DNA from: Oscillospiraceae bacterium
GTDB taxonomy: Bacteria; Bacillota; Clostridia; Oscillospirales; Oscillospiraceae
Length of the DNA stretch: 47,670 nt
Assembly: GCA_035352555.1 (NCBI GenBank)
Contig: DAOPXW010000003.1
Coordinates: forward strand, 1 to 47,670
Direction of reading: 5' to 3'
The notes beneath the pieces were generated by a model. It searched no databases and was not told the origin of the DNA. It saw only the letters and a list, made by a program, of their open reading frames with translations. Shown in pieces: positions 1-8,581 of the stretch (positions are counted from its first letter, which is position 1; each line of letters opens with the position of its first letter). The position numbers were made by a program, and so were the translations under genes.

Positions 1-501
1 ATTGTGGGGGGCGGCCACGGTGGTGACGGAGTGGATGCACCCGGCCTGCCCGCCCAGGAAAAACGGGGAGGGGACCGTACCGGCGGCCTTGGCGGCCTCG
101 ATCTCCTCGGGGCGGCCCCTGTCCAGGATATCCAGAAACAGGCGCACGGTGGCCCCGCCGAAGCTGTGGCCGATAAGGTCGATGGACTTGTCCTGCCAGG
201 CGCCCACCAGCGGCTGGGCATAGGCCACACCGAAGCGCGCGTGATGATAGCTTTCCGCGTGGGCCACGCCGTAATCGGCTCGTCCGCCGTTAAGCTGGGC
301 ATAGAGCTCGCAGGCGCGGTCCCAGGCGCTGGACAGGGAACCCACGGACGCCGTGCGGCAGTCGTAACCGGCCGCCCGCAGCGGCGCGAGCGCATCGCCG
401 GCGGTGAGGCCCCAGTAGGGCAGCGCGGCATACAGGCCGTCGCGCTCACCCCAGCCCAGGAAACCGTGGACGAACACCGCGGTGCGGTTTTGTTCGGACA
501 T
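1..501 (-). CDS. Lipase-type alpha/beta hydrolase, C-terminus cut by the window edge
   Basis: Not in the ORF track because it runs off the left edge. ATG at 501-499 is preceded by GGAGG. Translation is MSEQNRTAVFVHGFLGWGE...DLIGHSFGGATVRLF...CIHSVTTVAAPHN. It has the GxSxG nucleophile elbow (GHSFGG) and the VTTxAxPHN block typical of Bacillus/Staphylococcus-type lipases. Confidence 0.75.
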   Translation of the reverse strand, partial: MSEQNRTAVFVHGFLGWGERDGLYAALPYWGLTAGDALAPLRAAGYDCRTASVGSLSSAWDRACELYAQLNGGRADYGVAHAESYHHARFGVAYAQPLVGAWQDKSIDLIGHSFGGATVRLFLDILDRGRPEEIEAAKAAGTVPSPFFLGGQAGCIHSVTTVAAPHN

Positions 502-582
502 ACGCCAGCCTCCGATACTACCGAAATGTTTGTACAGCCAGATTATAAGCCTGCCGGGCGTTTCCGTCAAGGAAGGGACAGG

Positions 583-610
583 AAAAGCCGGGGGACAGCT
601 GTCCCCCGGC
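583..610 (-). terminator. Rho-independent terminator after the methionine gamma-lyase-family gene
   Basis: Perfect palindrome GCCGGGGGACAG/CTGTCCCCCGGC at 587-610. On the minus strand it is followed by TTTT. Confidence 0.6.
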
Positions 611-626
611 AGAAAAAGCGGGATGC

Positions 627-1829
627 TCAGATCTGACGGAAGGCCTGCTCAAAATCGGCGATGATATCCTCGGCATTTTCAAGGCCCACAGAGAGCCGGA
701 TGAGACCGGCGGAGATACCCGCCGCTTTCAGATCGTCGGCGGAATAGGTGGAGTGGGTCATGGAGGCGGGGTGTTCGATCAGCGTCTCGGCGTCGCCCAG
801 AGAGACGGCGATGGTGCACAGCCTGAGACTGTTGACGAACTTCATGCCGGCCGCCTTGCCGCCCTTGACCTCAAAGGAGATCATGCCGCCGAAGTCGCGC
901 ATCTGCCGTTCGGCGATGTCGTGGCCCGGGTGCGTGAACAGGCCGGGGTAGTAGACCTTTTCCACCTTGGGGCAGGCGTCCAGATAGGCGGCGATCCTGC
1001 GGGCGCTGTCGCAGTGGCGCTGCACGCGGATCTCCAGCGTTTTCAGACCGCGGAGGATGAGCCACGCCTCGAAGGGACCCAGGGTAGCGCCGGTCATGTC
1101 CTTCAGACCGAACAGCTTGACTTTGGAGATGAATTCCTGAGAGCCTACCACAAAGCCCGCAATCACGTCGCCATGGCCGTTGATGTACTTGGTGGCAGAA
1201 TGAACCACCACATCCGCGCCCAGCGCCAGCGGATTCTGCAGCGCGGGGGAGGCGAAGGTGTTGTCGCACACAACCATGATATCCTTGTTGTAGGCGTGGG
1301 CCTCCCTGGCGAGGAGGGCGATGTCGGAGATCTTCAGGTTGGGGTTGGCCGGGGTCTCCAGGTAGACGCAGCAGGTGTTTTCCCGCAGGGCGGCCTTAAG
1401 ATTTCCCACTTTGGACAGATCGGTGAAGGTGACCTCCACGCCATATTGGGTCATGCCGTGGCTGAGCAGCGCGAAGGTGCAGCCGTAAAGTGTCTCATCA
1501 GCGATGATATGTTTTCCGGCGCCGGCGATGCTCCACAGGCAGGCGGAGATTGCGCCCATGCCGGAGGCGGCCGCCGCGGCGGCCTCGCCGCCCTCCAACG
1601 CCGCGACCTTGGCCTCCACCACGGAGGTAGTGGGGTTGCCCAGCCGGGTGTAGATATAGCCGCTTTCCTCACCGGCAAAGCGGCGCCCACCCTGTTCGCA
1701 GCAATCAAACTCAAAGGTGGAGGATTGATAGATGGGCATCGTGAGAGATCCGTATTGTTCGTCGTGCACGTTTCCCGCGTGAACTGCTTTCGTGCCGAAC
1801 CCGGCACCGGTGAGAATATCTTTTCCCAT
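627..1829 (-). CDS. Cys/Met-metabolism PLP enzyme, methionine gamma-lyase-like
   Basis: Has the PLP-lysine motif SATKYINGHGD and the N-terminal FGTKAVHAG block. I chose the ATG at 1829 (MGKDIL...) because AAGGAG lies 7 nt upstream; the track ORF extends to 1919. The specific activity (gamma-lyase versus sulfhydrylase) cannot be resolved from sequence. Confidence 0.85.
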   Translation of the reverse strand: MGKDILTGAGFGTKAVHAGNVHDEQYGSLTMPIYQSSTFEFDCCEQGGRRFAGEESGYIYTRLGNPTTSVVEAKVAALEGGEAAAAAASGMGAISACLWSIAGAGKHIIADETLYGCTFALLSHGMTQYGVEVTFTDLSKVGNLKAALRENTCCVYLETPANPNLKISDIALLAREAHAYNKDIMVVCDNTFASPALQNPLALGADVVVHSATKYINGHGDVIAGFVVGSQEFISKVKLFGLKDMTGATLGPFEAWLILRGLKTLEIRVQRHCDSARRIAAYLDACPKVEKVYYPGLFTHPGHDIAERQMRDFGGMISFEVKGGKAAGMKFVNSLRLCTIAVSLGDAETLIEHPASMTHSTYSADDLKAAGISAGLIRLSVGLENAEDIIADFEQAFRQI

Positions 1830-2005
1830 GTCTTTCTCCTTTGTTTTGTCCATACATTTTACGCCAACAGTTGGAGATGGCGCAAAGTAATTATACGATA
1901 TACACAACAAGCCTGTCAACTGGCAACAAAAAAATTAGCAAAATAGCACAATGATTTTGTGAATTAAATGACTTTTAAAAAGTGCGAAAATTGTGCGCTC
2001 CTATC

Positions 2006-2034
2006 TTGCCACAAAGGGAAAACAGGATTATAAT
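2006..2034 (+). promoter_or_regulatory. Sigma-70/SigA-type promoter for the Zn-ribbon gene
   Basis: TTGCCA (2006-2011), 17-nt spacer, TATAAT (2029-2034). Confidence 0.5.
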
Positions 2035-2067
2035 AACAATAATCGATTCAAAAACAAGGAGACCTTT

Positions 2068-2280
2068 ATGGAAAACGTCCAGTATCTGTGCCCGAAATGC
2101 GGCTGCCGGAATTATGAGACGGATCAGTTTCAGGCGACGGGCGGAGACTTCGCCAAACTGTTCAATGTGCAGAACAAGCGCTTTTGCACCGTGACCTGCA
2201 CTCACTGCGGTTATACGGAGCTCTACAGGCAGGAGACCAGCGCCGGTATGAATATTCTGGATTTCCTGATGAACGGTTGA
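2068..2280 (+). CDS. Small zinc-ribbon protein
   Basis: MENVQYLCPKCGCRNYE...CTHCGY contains two CxxC pairs. AAGGAG lies upstream of the ATG at 2068. Confidence 0.7.
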   Translation: MENVQYLCPKCGCRNYETDQFQATGGDFAKLFNVQNKRFCTVTCTHCGYTELYRQETSAGMNILDFLMNG

Positions 2281-2295
2281 CGGGGAGGACCGCCA

Positions 2296-2640
2296 ATGCC
2301 GTTCGGACTGATCGCCGCGATTGCTTTCGCAGTCTGCGCCGCCAAGTATCTCGCGCACAGGATCCATCGGCCGGATATTGACAAGCTGTTTTTAAAGCTC
2401 CATGTCGTATTCGGCGCTATTTTGCCCATCGCGGCCGGGATCCATACCGTAAAGATGCTGAAAAGCCCCCGCCGTCTCCGGGAGACGGTTTCCGGCTTCT
2501 GTATTGACGCCGGTATTCTGGGCCTGCTGGTGAGCCATTTTTTCTGCAAAGCGCTGGGGAAAAAGGCCATGCCCCTGCACAGATTCTCCACGGTCTTTAC
2601 CGGGGTGGGTCTGACCGCACATTGTTTTACGCACCATTAA
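2296..2640 (+). CDS. Hypothetical membrane protein
   Basis: GGGGAGG RBS and several hydrophobic helices. No recognisable family. Confidence 0.55.
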   Translation: MPFGLIAAIAFAVCAAKYLAHRIHRPDIDKLFLKLHVVFGAILPIAAGIHTVKMLKSPRRLRETVSGFCIDAGILGLLVSHFFCKALGKKAMPLHRFSTVFTGVGLTAHCFTHH

Positions 2641-2677
2641 CTTGAGCATAAATATTACTATAGGAGGATTACGACAC

Positions 2678-2932
2678 ATGTATCTGTTTCTAAAAGCGGC
2701 ACAAGGGTTCAGCGTTGGACTTTACGGCCTGTTCGGTTTTCTTGCGGTGTTCAAGAAAAAGCCTCTCCCGCTGATCGGACTTCTGCTGGCCCATGCGGCC
2801 GAGTACTATTTCAAGGGCCGTCAGATCGCTGAAGAAAAGGGCCTGGATCAGGCCTATGCGCTGAAGAAGTGCATGCTCTACGGCGTGACTTGGTGGCTGC
2901 CCGCCAGCGAGGGCGACCCGGACGTTACCTGA
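2678..2932 (+). CDS. Small hypothetical membrane protein
   Basis: TAGGAGG RBS lies upstream of the ATG at 2678. Two hydrophobic segments. A terminator follows. Confidence 0.5.
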   Translation: MYLFLKAAQGFSVGLYGLFGFLAVFKKKPLPLIGLLLAHAAEYYFKGRQIAEEKGLDQAYALKKCMLYGVTWWLPASEGDPDVT

Positions 2933-2944
2933 AATTTGAAAATC

Positions 2945-2975
2945 GCCCGCCGGAAATTTTCCGGCGGGCATTTTC
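2945..2975 (+). terminator. Rho-independent terminator
   Basis: GCCCGCCGGAAA / TTTCCGGCGGGC stem followed by ATTTT. Confidence 0.65.
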
Positions 2976-3031
2976 ATATCCGCGTCCAGGGTATATAATG
3001 CTGCCAGACTACGATTTGCGGAGGGAAGCCC

Positions 3032-3775
3032 ATGTACAAGATGGACGGAGACAATCAATTTGATAACGGCGTCTATGACGAGCGCCGCTGGTCGGCCCCT
3101 GTGATCCAATCCCCTGAGGAGCTGGCCGGGTATCTCAGGGCCGCCAATATCCCGGGCCGCCGTCTCACCGGTGTGCGCTGCGTGGGCCCGGCCTATAACT
3201 TCACCCGGGAGTGGCTGGAGAGCCTGGCTTTCACCGCGGCCATGGCCAACACCGACCCGGAGAAAGCCTTCCCGCCCCTGGCAGAGTATCTGCCGGAGGA
3301 CACGGTGTTCAACCGTCTGCTGCTCACCGACAAGCCGGTGGTGCTGGAATTTGACACCGGCGACAGTCTGGCGGTGGATTTCTCCCGCCCGGCGGAGGTG
3401 CGCATGGCGCTGAATTCCATTCCCGCGGGCGTGCAGATGCAGCCCGGATGCGACAATGTGGACACGGCCGTACTGTTTTCCGAGATCCTCGGCAAGCGCG
3501 TTCTGGGCCTGCAGATCGGCCGCCGCCGGAGTCTGCCGGAGGATTGGCCGCAGCCAAGCGGCGAGGAGTGGAAAGAACAGGAGACCCTGATCGCTTTTTT
3601 GCTGTTCCAGATGGAAGACGGCGTAGGTCTCGCCTTTGAGCCCTTCAGGGATACGGGCCGCGTGTTCGTTATCGGCCGGGAGAAGAAGATCCACACCATC
3701 TCCTACGGTGAATTGAAGCCCGCCCTCCGGCCCGACGCCTATACGCCGCCGGAGCAGCCCGAGACGGAGGGCTGA
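3032..3775 (+). CDS. Hypothetical protein (247 aa), no family recognised
   Basis: GGAGGG RBS and GC-rich third codon positions, like neighbouring genes. No motif I can name. Confidence 0.6.
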   Translation: MYKMDGDNQFDNGVYDERRWSAPVIQSPEELAGYLRAANIPGRRLTGVRCVGPAYNFTREWLESLAFTAAMANTDPEKAFPPLAEYLPEDTVFNRLLLTDKPVVLEFDTGDSLAVDFSRPAEVRMALNSIPAGVQMQPGCDNVDTAVLFSEILGKRVLGLQIGRRRSLPEDWPQPSGEEWKEQETLIAFLLFQMEDGVGLAFEPFRDTGRVFVIGREKKIHTISYGELKPALRPDAYTPPEQPETEG

Positions 3776-3778
3776 ACC

Positions 3779-3895
3779 ATGCTTTTCAGGCGGAGGGATC
3801 ACAAAAAAGAAAAGCCCGCCCCCTCCGACGGCGATGAGGAGGAAGAGGACGAGCTGATGCAATATGAGGAAGAAGAGGGCGAGGACGGCCCCTGA
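3779..3895 (+). CDS. Possible 38-aa peptide, basic N-terminus and poly-acidic C-terminus
   Basis: Below the track length cutoff. Translation is MLFRRRDHKKEKPAPSDGDEEEEDELMQYEEEEGEDGP. GGAGGG lies 8 nt upstream, inside the end of the previous gene. The hairpin at 3899-3930 follows this ORF rather than the upstream gene. Confidence 0.35.
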   Translation: MLFRRRDHKKEKPAPSDGDEEEEDELMQYEEEEGEDGP

Positions 3896-3934
3896 AGAGC
3901 GCGCCGGCGGAATGCTTCCGCCGGCGCGTTCGCC

Positions 3935-4672
3935 TCAGTATCGTACGCTCTCCAAAAAAAGCCCCCTGGCGGGCGCGGTGGGCCCGGCGGCGGCGCGGTC
4001 CCCGGCGGCCAATATGGCCGGCATTTCCGCCGCGCTCCGGCGTCCCAGACCCACGTCCAGCAGGGTGCCGGTGAGGATGCGGACCATGTTGTACAAAAAG
4101 CCGTCCCCGGTGAAAGTGAGGCGCAGCTCGTGCCCGCGGCGGGTCAGGTCGATGGATTCCACCGTGCGGACGGTGCTGTGCTTCATCTTCTTCGCCGCGC
4201 AAAAGGACCGATAGTCGTGGGTGCCGCACAGCGCCGCCGCCGCGGCGCGCATGGCGGGCTCGTCCAGCGGTTCCGGCACTTGGTAGACATAACGCCGCTC
4301 AAACACACAGGGGGCGACGGAATTCCAGACCCGATAGACATAGATCTTGCCCTTGCAGGAGAGCCGGGCATGGAAACGGGGCGGCGCGATCTCCAGCGAC
4401 AGCGCGCCCATGTCCGCCGGGAGGCGCGAGCGAAGTTGACATAATATTTCATCCGTCGGCAGGGCCGTATCGGCGCGAAAGGAGACCACCTGCCCCAGCG
4501 CATGGACGCCCTCGTCCGTCCGCCCGGAGGCGGCGGCCTCCGCAGGTGCGCCGAGGATCCCGGCCAGAGCCGTTTCCAGCGTCTCCTGCAGGGTGTTTTT
4601 GGTGTTGCCCTGCCGCTGCCAGCCGTTGTAGCCGGTGCCGTCGTAACACAGTGTAAGCTTGTAATTTGTCAT
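3935..4672 (-). CDS. truA: tRNA pseudouridine(38-40) synthase
   Basis: Has YDGTGYNGWQRQ and the catalytic GRTDEGVHA motif. GGAGG RBS present. Confidence 0.95.
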   Translation of the reverse strand: MTNYKLTLCYDGTGYNGWQRQGNTKNTLQETLETALAGILGAPAEAAASGRTDEGVHALGQVVSFRADTALPTDEILCQLRSRLPADMGALSLEIAPPRFHARLSCKGKIYVYRVWNSVAPCVFERRYVYQVPEPLDEPAMRAAAAALCGTHDYRSFCAAKKMKHSTVRTVESIDLTRRGHELRLTFTGDGFLYNMVRILTGTLLDVGLGRRSAAEMPAILAAGDRAAAGPTAPARGLFLESVRY

Positions 4673-4769
4673 AGCGCGCCTCCTGACCAGATAAGATTAT
4701 ACCGCAGAAATGCAGGAATGGAAAGACCCGAAAAAATGGGAAAAATATGTTAGAATAACCAACATGTAC

Positions 4770-4798
4770 TTGACTTTTCTTTGACAAATAGGTATCAT
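4770..4798 (+). promoter_or_regulatory. Near-consensus promoter
   Basis: TTGACT (4770-4775), 17 nt, TATCAT (4793-4798), inside an AT-rich island. Confidence 0.55.
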
Positions 4799-4858
4799 GT
4801 AGACAAAGGCATGGAGTGTGTCCATACCAAATAATTTAATGATTGAAGGAGTAGGATC

Positions 4859-5068
4859 ATGGATTTTGCTGCTACTAAACTCGGAGACGCCCTGAAGAAC
4901 GATCAGGTTATCGCAGTTGTCGAAAAGTATGCTCCCGCCCTGCTCAAGACCCCAGGCCTGAAGCTCATGAGCAAGAAGACCCTGCAGGATATCTTCAATA
5001 TGGTTCCTACCAGCAAGGTTCCCCAGGAGACCAAGGACAAGATCAAGGCCGAGATCGAGGCCATCTGA
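4859..5068 (+). CDS. Small (69 aa) lysine-rich hypothetical protein
   Basis: GAAGGAG RBS, a dedicated promoter and a strong terminator. No family recognised. Confidence 0.6.
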   Translation: MDFAATKLGDALKNDQVIAVVEKYAPALLKTPGLKLMSKKTLQDIFNMVPTSKVPQETKDKIKAEIEAI

Positions 5069-5085
5069 TTTTTACCTGTACAGCA

Positions 5086-5125
5086 GGGCCGTACCAAAAC
5101 GGACGTTTTGGTACGGCCCTTTTTT
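5086..5125 (+). terminator. Rho-independent terminator
   Basis: 15-bp stem GGGCCGTACCAAAAC / GTTTTGGTACGGCCC followed by TTTTTT. Confidence 0.85.
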
Positions 5126-5300
5126 GCAGGGAAAACAGGAAAACAAAATCGGAGGACAATCCCCCGCTTAAATAGCCGAAACCTTGTTGCGGCGGACAGA
5201 CGGCTGTGATACTATGTCAAGCATAGAGTAACCGCAGTCGTTCCGCAAGGCAGTCCGTCCACCGCGGCAGACACGAAATCATCCAGACAGGAGGCCCACA

Positions 5301-6725
5301 ATGGCAGCGTATAATACGATAACGCCTCAGATCGCCGAACAGCTGAAGGCCGCAGTCGGCGAGAAGAGATTTTTCGCGGGTGAGGCCGTCAATCCCGATT
5401 ATTCCCATGACGAAATGCCGATCTACGGCAAGTATTTTCCCGAGGTCGTGTGCGAGGTGGAGACCACCGAGGAGGTCTCGGCCATCATGAAAATCTGCTC
5501 CGCGAACAGGATCCCCGTGACGCCCAGAGGCGCGGGCACGGGTCTGGTGGGCGGCTGTGTGCCGCTGGTGGGCGGCGTTGTCGTCTGTACCAAGCGGATG
5601 AACAGGATCCTCACCTACGACATGAACAACCTCGTGGTCAACATCCAGCCGGGCGTGCTGCTGCGGGATCTGGCGGCGGACGCGCTGGCCCACGGGCTGA
5701 TGTATCCCCCGGACCCCGGCGAAAAGACCGCCACCGTGGGCGGCAACGTCTCCACCAACGCCGGCGGTATGCGCGCCGTGAAGTACGGCGTCACCCGGGA
5801 CTATGTGCTGGCGATGACGGTGGTGCTGCCCTCCGGCGAGATCATCAAGCTGGGCAAGACCGTGTGCAAGACCAGCTCCGGCTACAGCCTGCTGCACCTG
5901 ATGATCGGTTCCGAGGGCACGCTGGGCATTATCACCGAGCTGACCATGAAGCTTGTTCCCAAGCCGGAGCGCGATGTGTCCCTGATCCTGCCTTTCGCGG
6001 ATGTGGAGTCCTGCATCGCCGCCGTGCCGAAGATCAAGCTGGCAAACCTCGATCCCCAGTCCATCGAGTTTATGGAGGCCGACATCGTAAAGTCCTCCGC
6101 GGCCTTTACCGGCAACCCCGTGTTTCCCACGGAGGTCAACGGCAGGGAAGTGGGAGCAAGCCTTCTGGTGACCTTTGTGGGCAGCACCGAGGACGAGCTG
6201 TACATGAGGATGGAAAAGCTGGCGGACGTCGTCGAGGCGGCGGGCGCTTACGATGTGCTGGTGGTGGACACTCCGACCCTGAAAAAAGAGGTCTGGGCCG
6301 CCCGCTCCAGCTTCCTCACCGCCATCGAGGCCGACACCAAAATGCTGGACGAGATGGACGTGGTGGTGCCCGTGGACCGCATCGCAGAGTTTCTGATCTT
6401 CGTGCGGGAGACCGGCAGGGAGGTGGGCATTACCATCCGCAGCTTCGGCCACGCCGGGGACGGCAATCTCCACATCTATTGCTGCGCCAACGACATGACC
6501 CGGGAGGAGTTTTTCGACAAGGTGGAGAAGGTCATGAGCAGGGCCTATGCCAAGTGCACGGAATTTCAGGGTCAGGTCTCCGGCGAGCACGCCATCGGCC
6601 ACGCGAAGAAGCGTTATCTGCGGGAGTCCGTGGGCGACACCGTCTTCGGCCTGATGGCCTCGGTCAAGAAGGTCTTTGACCCGGATATGATCCTGAACCC
6701 CGGCAAAGTCTGCAGCGACGTCTGA
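5301..6725 (+). CDS. FAD-linked oxidase, GlcD/LctD-type (D-)lactate/glycolate dehydrogenase
   Basis: Has the FAD-binding block PRGAGTGLVGG and the C-terminal SGEHAIGHAKK. It is immediately followed by etfB and etfA. Confidence 0.9.
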   Translation: MAAYNTITPQIAEQLKAAVGEKRFFAGEAVNPDYSHDEMPIYGKYFPEVVCEVETTEEVSAIMKICSANRIPVTPRGAGTGLVGGCVPLVGGVVVCTKRMNRILTYDMNNLVVNIQPGVLLRDLAADALAHGLMYPPDPGEKTATVGGNVSTNAGGMRAVKYGVTRDYVLAMTVVLPSGEIIKLGKTVCKTSSGYSLLHLMIGSEGTLGIITELTMKLVPKPERDVSLILPFADVESCIAAVPKIKLANLDPQSIEFMEADIVKSSAAFTGNPVFPTEVNGREVGASLLVTFVGSTEDELYMRMEKLADVVEAAGAYDVLVVDTPTLKKEVWAARSSFLTAIEADTKMLDEMDVVVPVDRIAEFLIFVRETGREVGITIRSFGHAGDGNLHIYCCANDMTREEFFDKVEKVMSRAYAKCTEFQGQVSGEHAIGHAKKRYLRESVGDTVFGLMASVKKVFDPDMILNPGKVCSDV

Positions 6726-6738
6726 AAGGAGATAGCCG

Positions 6739-7539
6739 ATGCTGAAAATACTTGTTTGTGTGAAACAGGTGCCGGACGTGGAGCTGGTGAAAATGGACCC
6801 GGAGACCGGCAACCTTGTGCGCGAGGGCGTTCCCACCCTGACGAACCCGCTGGATACCAACGCGCTGGAGGCCGCCGTGCAGATGAAGGAGAAATACGGC
6901 GGTACCGTCACCGTCATCACCATGGGTCCGCCCATGGCGGCCGCCACCCTGCGGGAATGCCTGGCCTGCGGCGCGGACAGCGCCGTGCTCATCTCCGGCC
7001 GCCCCTTCGGCGGCGCTGACACCCTGTCCACCAGCTACGCCGTCGCCAAAGCGGCGGAGATGCTGGGCAATTTTGACCTGATCTTCTGCGGCAAGGAGTC
7101 GCTGGACGGCGCCACCGGCCAGATGGCGAGCCAGCTCGCCGAGCGCTTCGACGCCGCCCAGATTACCGGCTGCCTGCTCATCGAGCGCTGCGACCCCGAC
7201 AAAAACGTTCTCCTCGCGCAGCGCGCGCTGGAGAACGGTGTCGAGACGGTGGAAGCCCGCCTGCCCTGCCTGCTCACGGTGGAAAAACAGAATTACCGCG
7301 CCCGCATCCCCAATCTGAGGGGCAAGCTCGCCGCCAGAAAGGCGGAGATCGCGGTGCTCACGGAAAACGATATCACCGGGCTGGACCCGCGGAAGATCGG
7401 CGTCCCCGGCTCCGGCACCATCGTGCCGCGCATCTATCCGCCCGCGCTTCCCGAACCGGGGCAGATCCTCAGCGAGGGCAGCACGGAAAAGAACGTGGCC
7501 AGGCTCGTCGGCCTGCTGGCCGGCAAGAGTGCGATCTGA
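6739..7539 (+). CDS. etfB: Electron transfer flavoprotein beta subunit
   Basis: MLKILVCVKQVPD... is the typical EtfB N-terminus. AAAGGAG RBS present. Confidence 0.9.
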   Translation: MLKILVCVKQVPDVELVKMDPETGNLVREGVPTLTNPLDTNALEAAVQMKEKYGGTVTVITMGPPMAAATLRECLACGADSAVLISGRPFGGADTLSTSYAVAKAAEMLGNFDLIFCGKESLDGATGQMASQLAERFDAAQITGCLLIERCDPDKNVLLAQRALENGVETVEARLPCLLTVEKQNYRARIPNLRGKLAARKAEIAVLTENDITGLDPRKIGVPGSGTIVPRIYPPALPEPGQILSEGSTEKNVARLVGLLAGKSAI

Positions 7540-7551
7540 GGAGGCGCAGCG

Positions 7552-8553
7552 ATGGAAAAACGGGACTATAAAAATATGTGGGTCTATATCGAACACGACG
7601 GCACTGCCGCCGCGCCCGTGGGACTGGAGCTGTGCTGCGAGGTCCGCAGGCTCTGCGACGTGACGGGCGACAAGCTGTACGCCGTGGTGCTGGGCGATCT
7701 GCCCGCAGCCGAGATCGAAAAGGTCCGGGGCTGCGCCGTGGACGGCGTAATCCGCGTCAAGGGTACCGGCTACAGTCCGTACAATACCGACGCCTATGCC
7801 AACGCTTTCACTGTCCTGTCAAGAAAATATAACCCCTCCGCCATTTTTGTGGGGGGCAGCATCAACGGCCGGGATTTCGCGCCGCGCTTTGCCGTGCAGC
7901 TGGACACCGGCTGCACCTCCGACGCCATGGAGCTGGACTACGATCCCGCCACCGGCGACATTCAGTTCATCGAGCCCGCCGTGGGCGGCAAGATCATGGC
8001 CGTTATCACCGTGCCGACCCTGCGGCCCCAGGTGGGCACCATCCGTCCCGGCACCTTCAGGTACGCCCCCACCGGCGCCAGGGCGCAGGTGGAGGAGATC
8101 ACCGAACAGATTGACTTCCCCAGGGAAAACATTCGCTGCTGCCGGCTGTCCTTCAAGCCGGACGAGGCCGATCCCCAGTTGGATATCTCCGACTGCGGCG
8201 TTATCGTCTGCGTCGGCAACGGCCTTGCGGACGGGACGCATCTGACCCGCTACCGGGAGCTGGCGGCGCTGCTGGGCGGAAAGCTCGGCTGTACCCGGCC
8301 GCTGTTCGACCGGGGCATCCTGCCCTACAAACTGCAGATCGGGCAGTCCGGCGTCATCGTCAAGCCGAAGCTCTATTTCTGCTTCGGCGTGTCCGGCGCT
8401 GTGAACCATGTCGCCGGCGTCTCCGCGGACACCTTTGTCGCCGTGAACTCCGACCCGGACGCGCAGATCTTCAATTACTGCGACTACGGCATCGTGGGCG
8501 ATATGGACGAGGTCTGCGACGAACTGATCGCGGCGCTGAAAGTCAGAAAATAA
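7552..8553 (+). CDS. etfA: Electron transfer flavoprotein alpha subunit (no N-terminal ferredoxin domain)
   Basis: Has the C-terminal FAD block FGVSGAVNHVAGV. At 333 aa there is no Cys-cluster extension. Confidence 0.9.
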   Translation: MEKRDYKNMWVYIEHDGTAAAPVGLELCCEVRRLCDVTGDKLYAVVLGDLPAAEIEKVRGCAVDGVIRVKGTGYSPYNTDAYANAFTVLSRKYNPSAIFVGGSINGRDFAPRFAVQLDTGCTSDAMELDYDPATGDIQFIEPAVGGKIMAVITVPTLRPQVGTIRPGTFRYAPTGARAQVEEITEQIDFPRENIRCCRLSFKPDEADPQLDISDCGVIVCVGNGLADGTHLTRYRELAALLGGKLGCTRPLFDRGILPYKLQIGQSGVIVKPKLYFCFGVSGAVNHVAGVSADTFVAVNSDPDAQIFNYCDYGIVGDMDEVCDELIAALKVRK

Positions 8554-8581
8554 CGGTCGTTGACCAGGGAGCGGGACAGCG

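Noticed and set aside
1830-1990. Possible SAM or other Met-related riboswitch upstream of the methionine gamma-lyase-family gene
   Set aside because: A TTGACA-18-TATAAT promoter leaves a leader of only about 70 nt. I could find no conserved riboswitch core in it.
5217-7031. 604-aa ORF on the minus strand, and similar long antisense ORFs at 4-636, 753-1946, 2690-3862, 6664-7596, 9581-10777, 36799-38070 and 38258-39655
   Set aside because: Each one overlaps, on the opposite strand, a gene with recognisable family motifs and an SD. None has a motif or a plausible RBS of its own.
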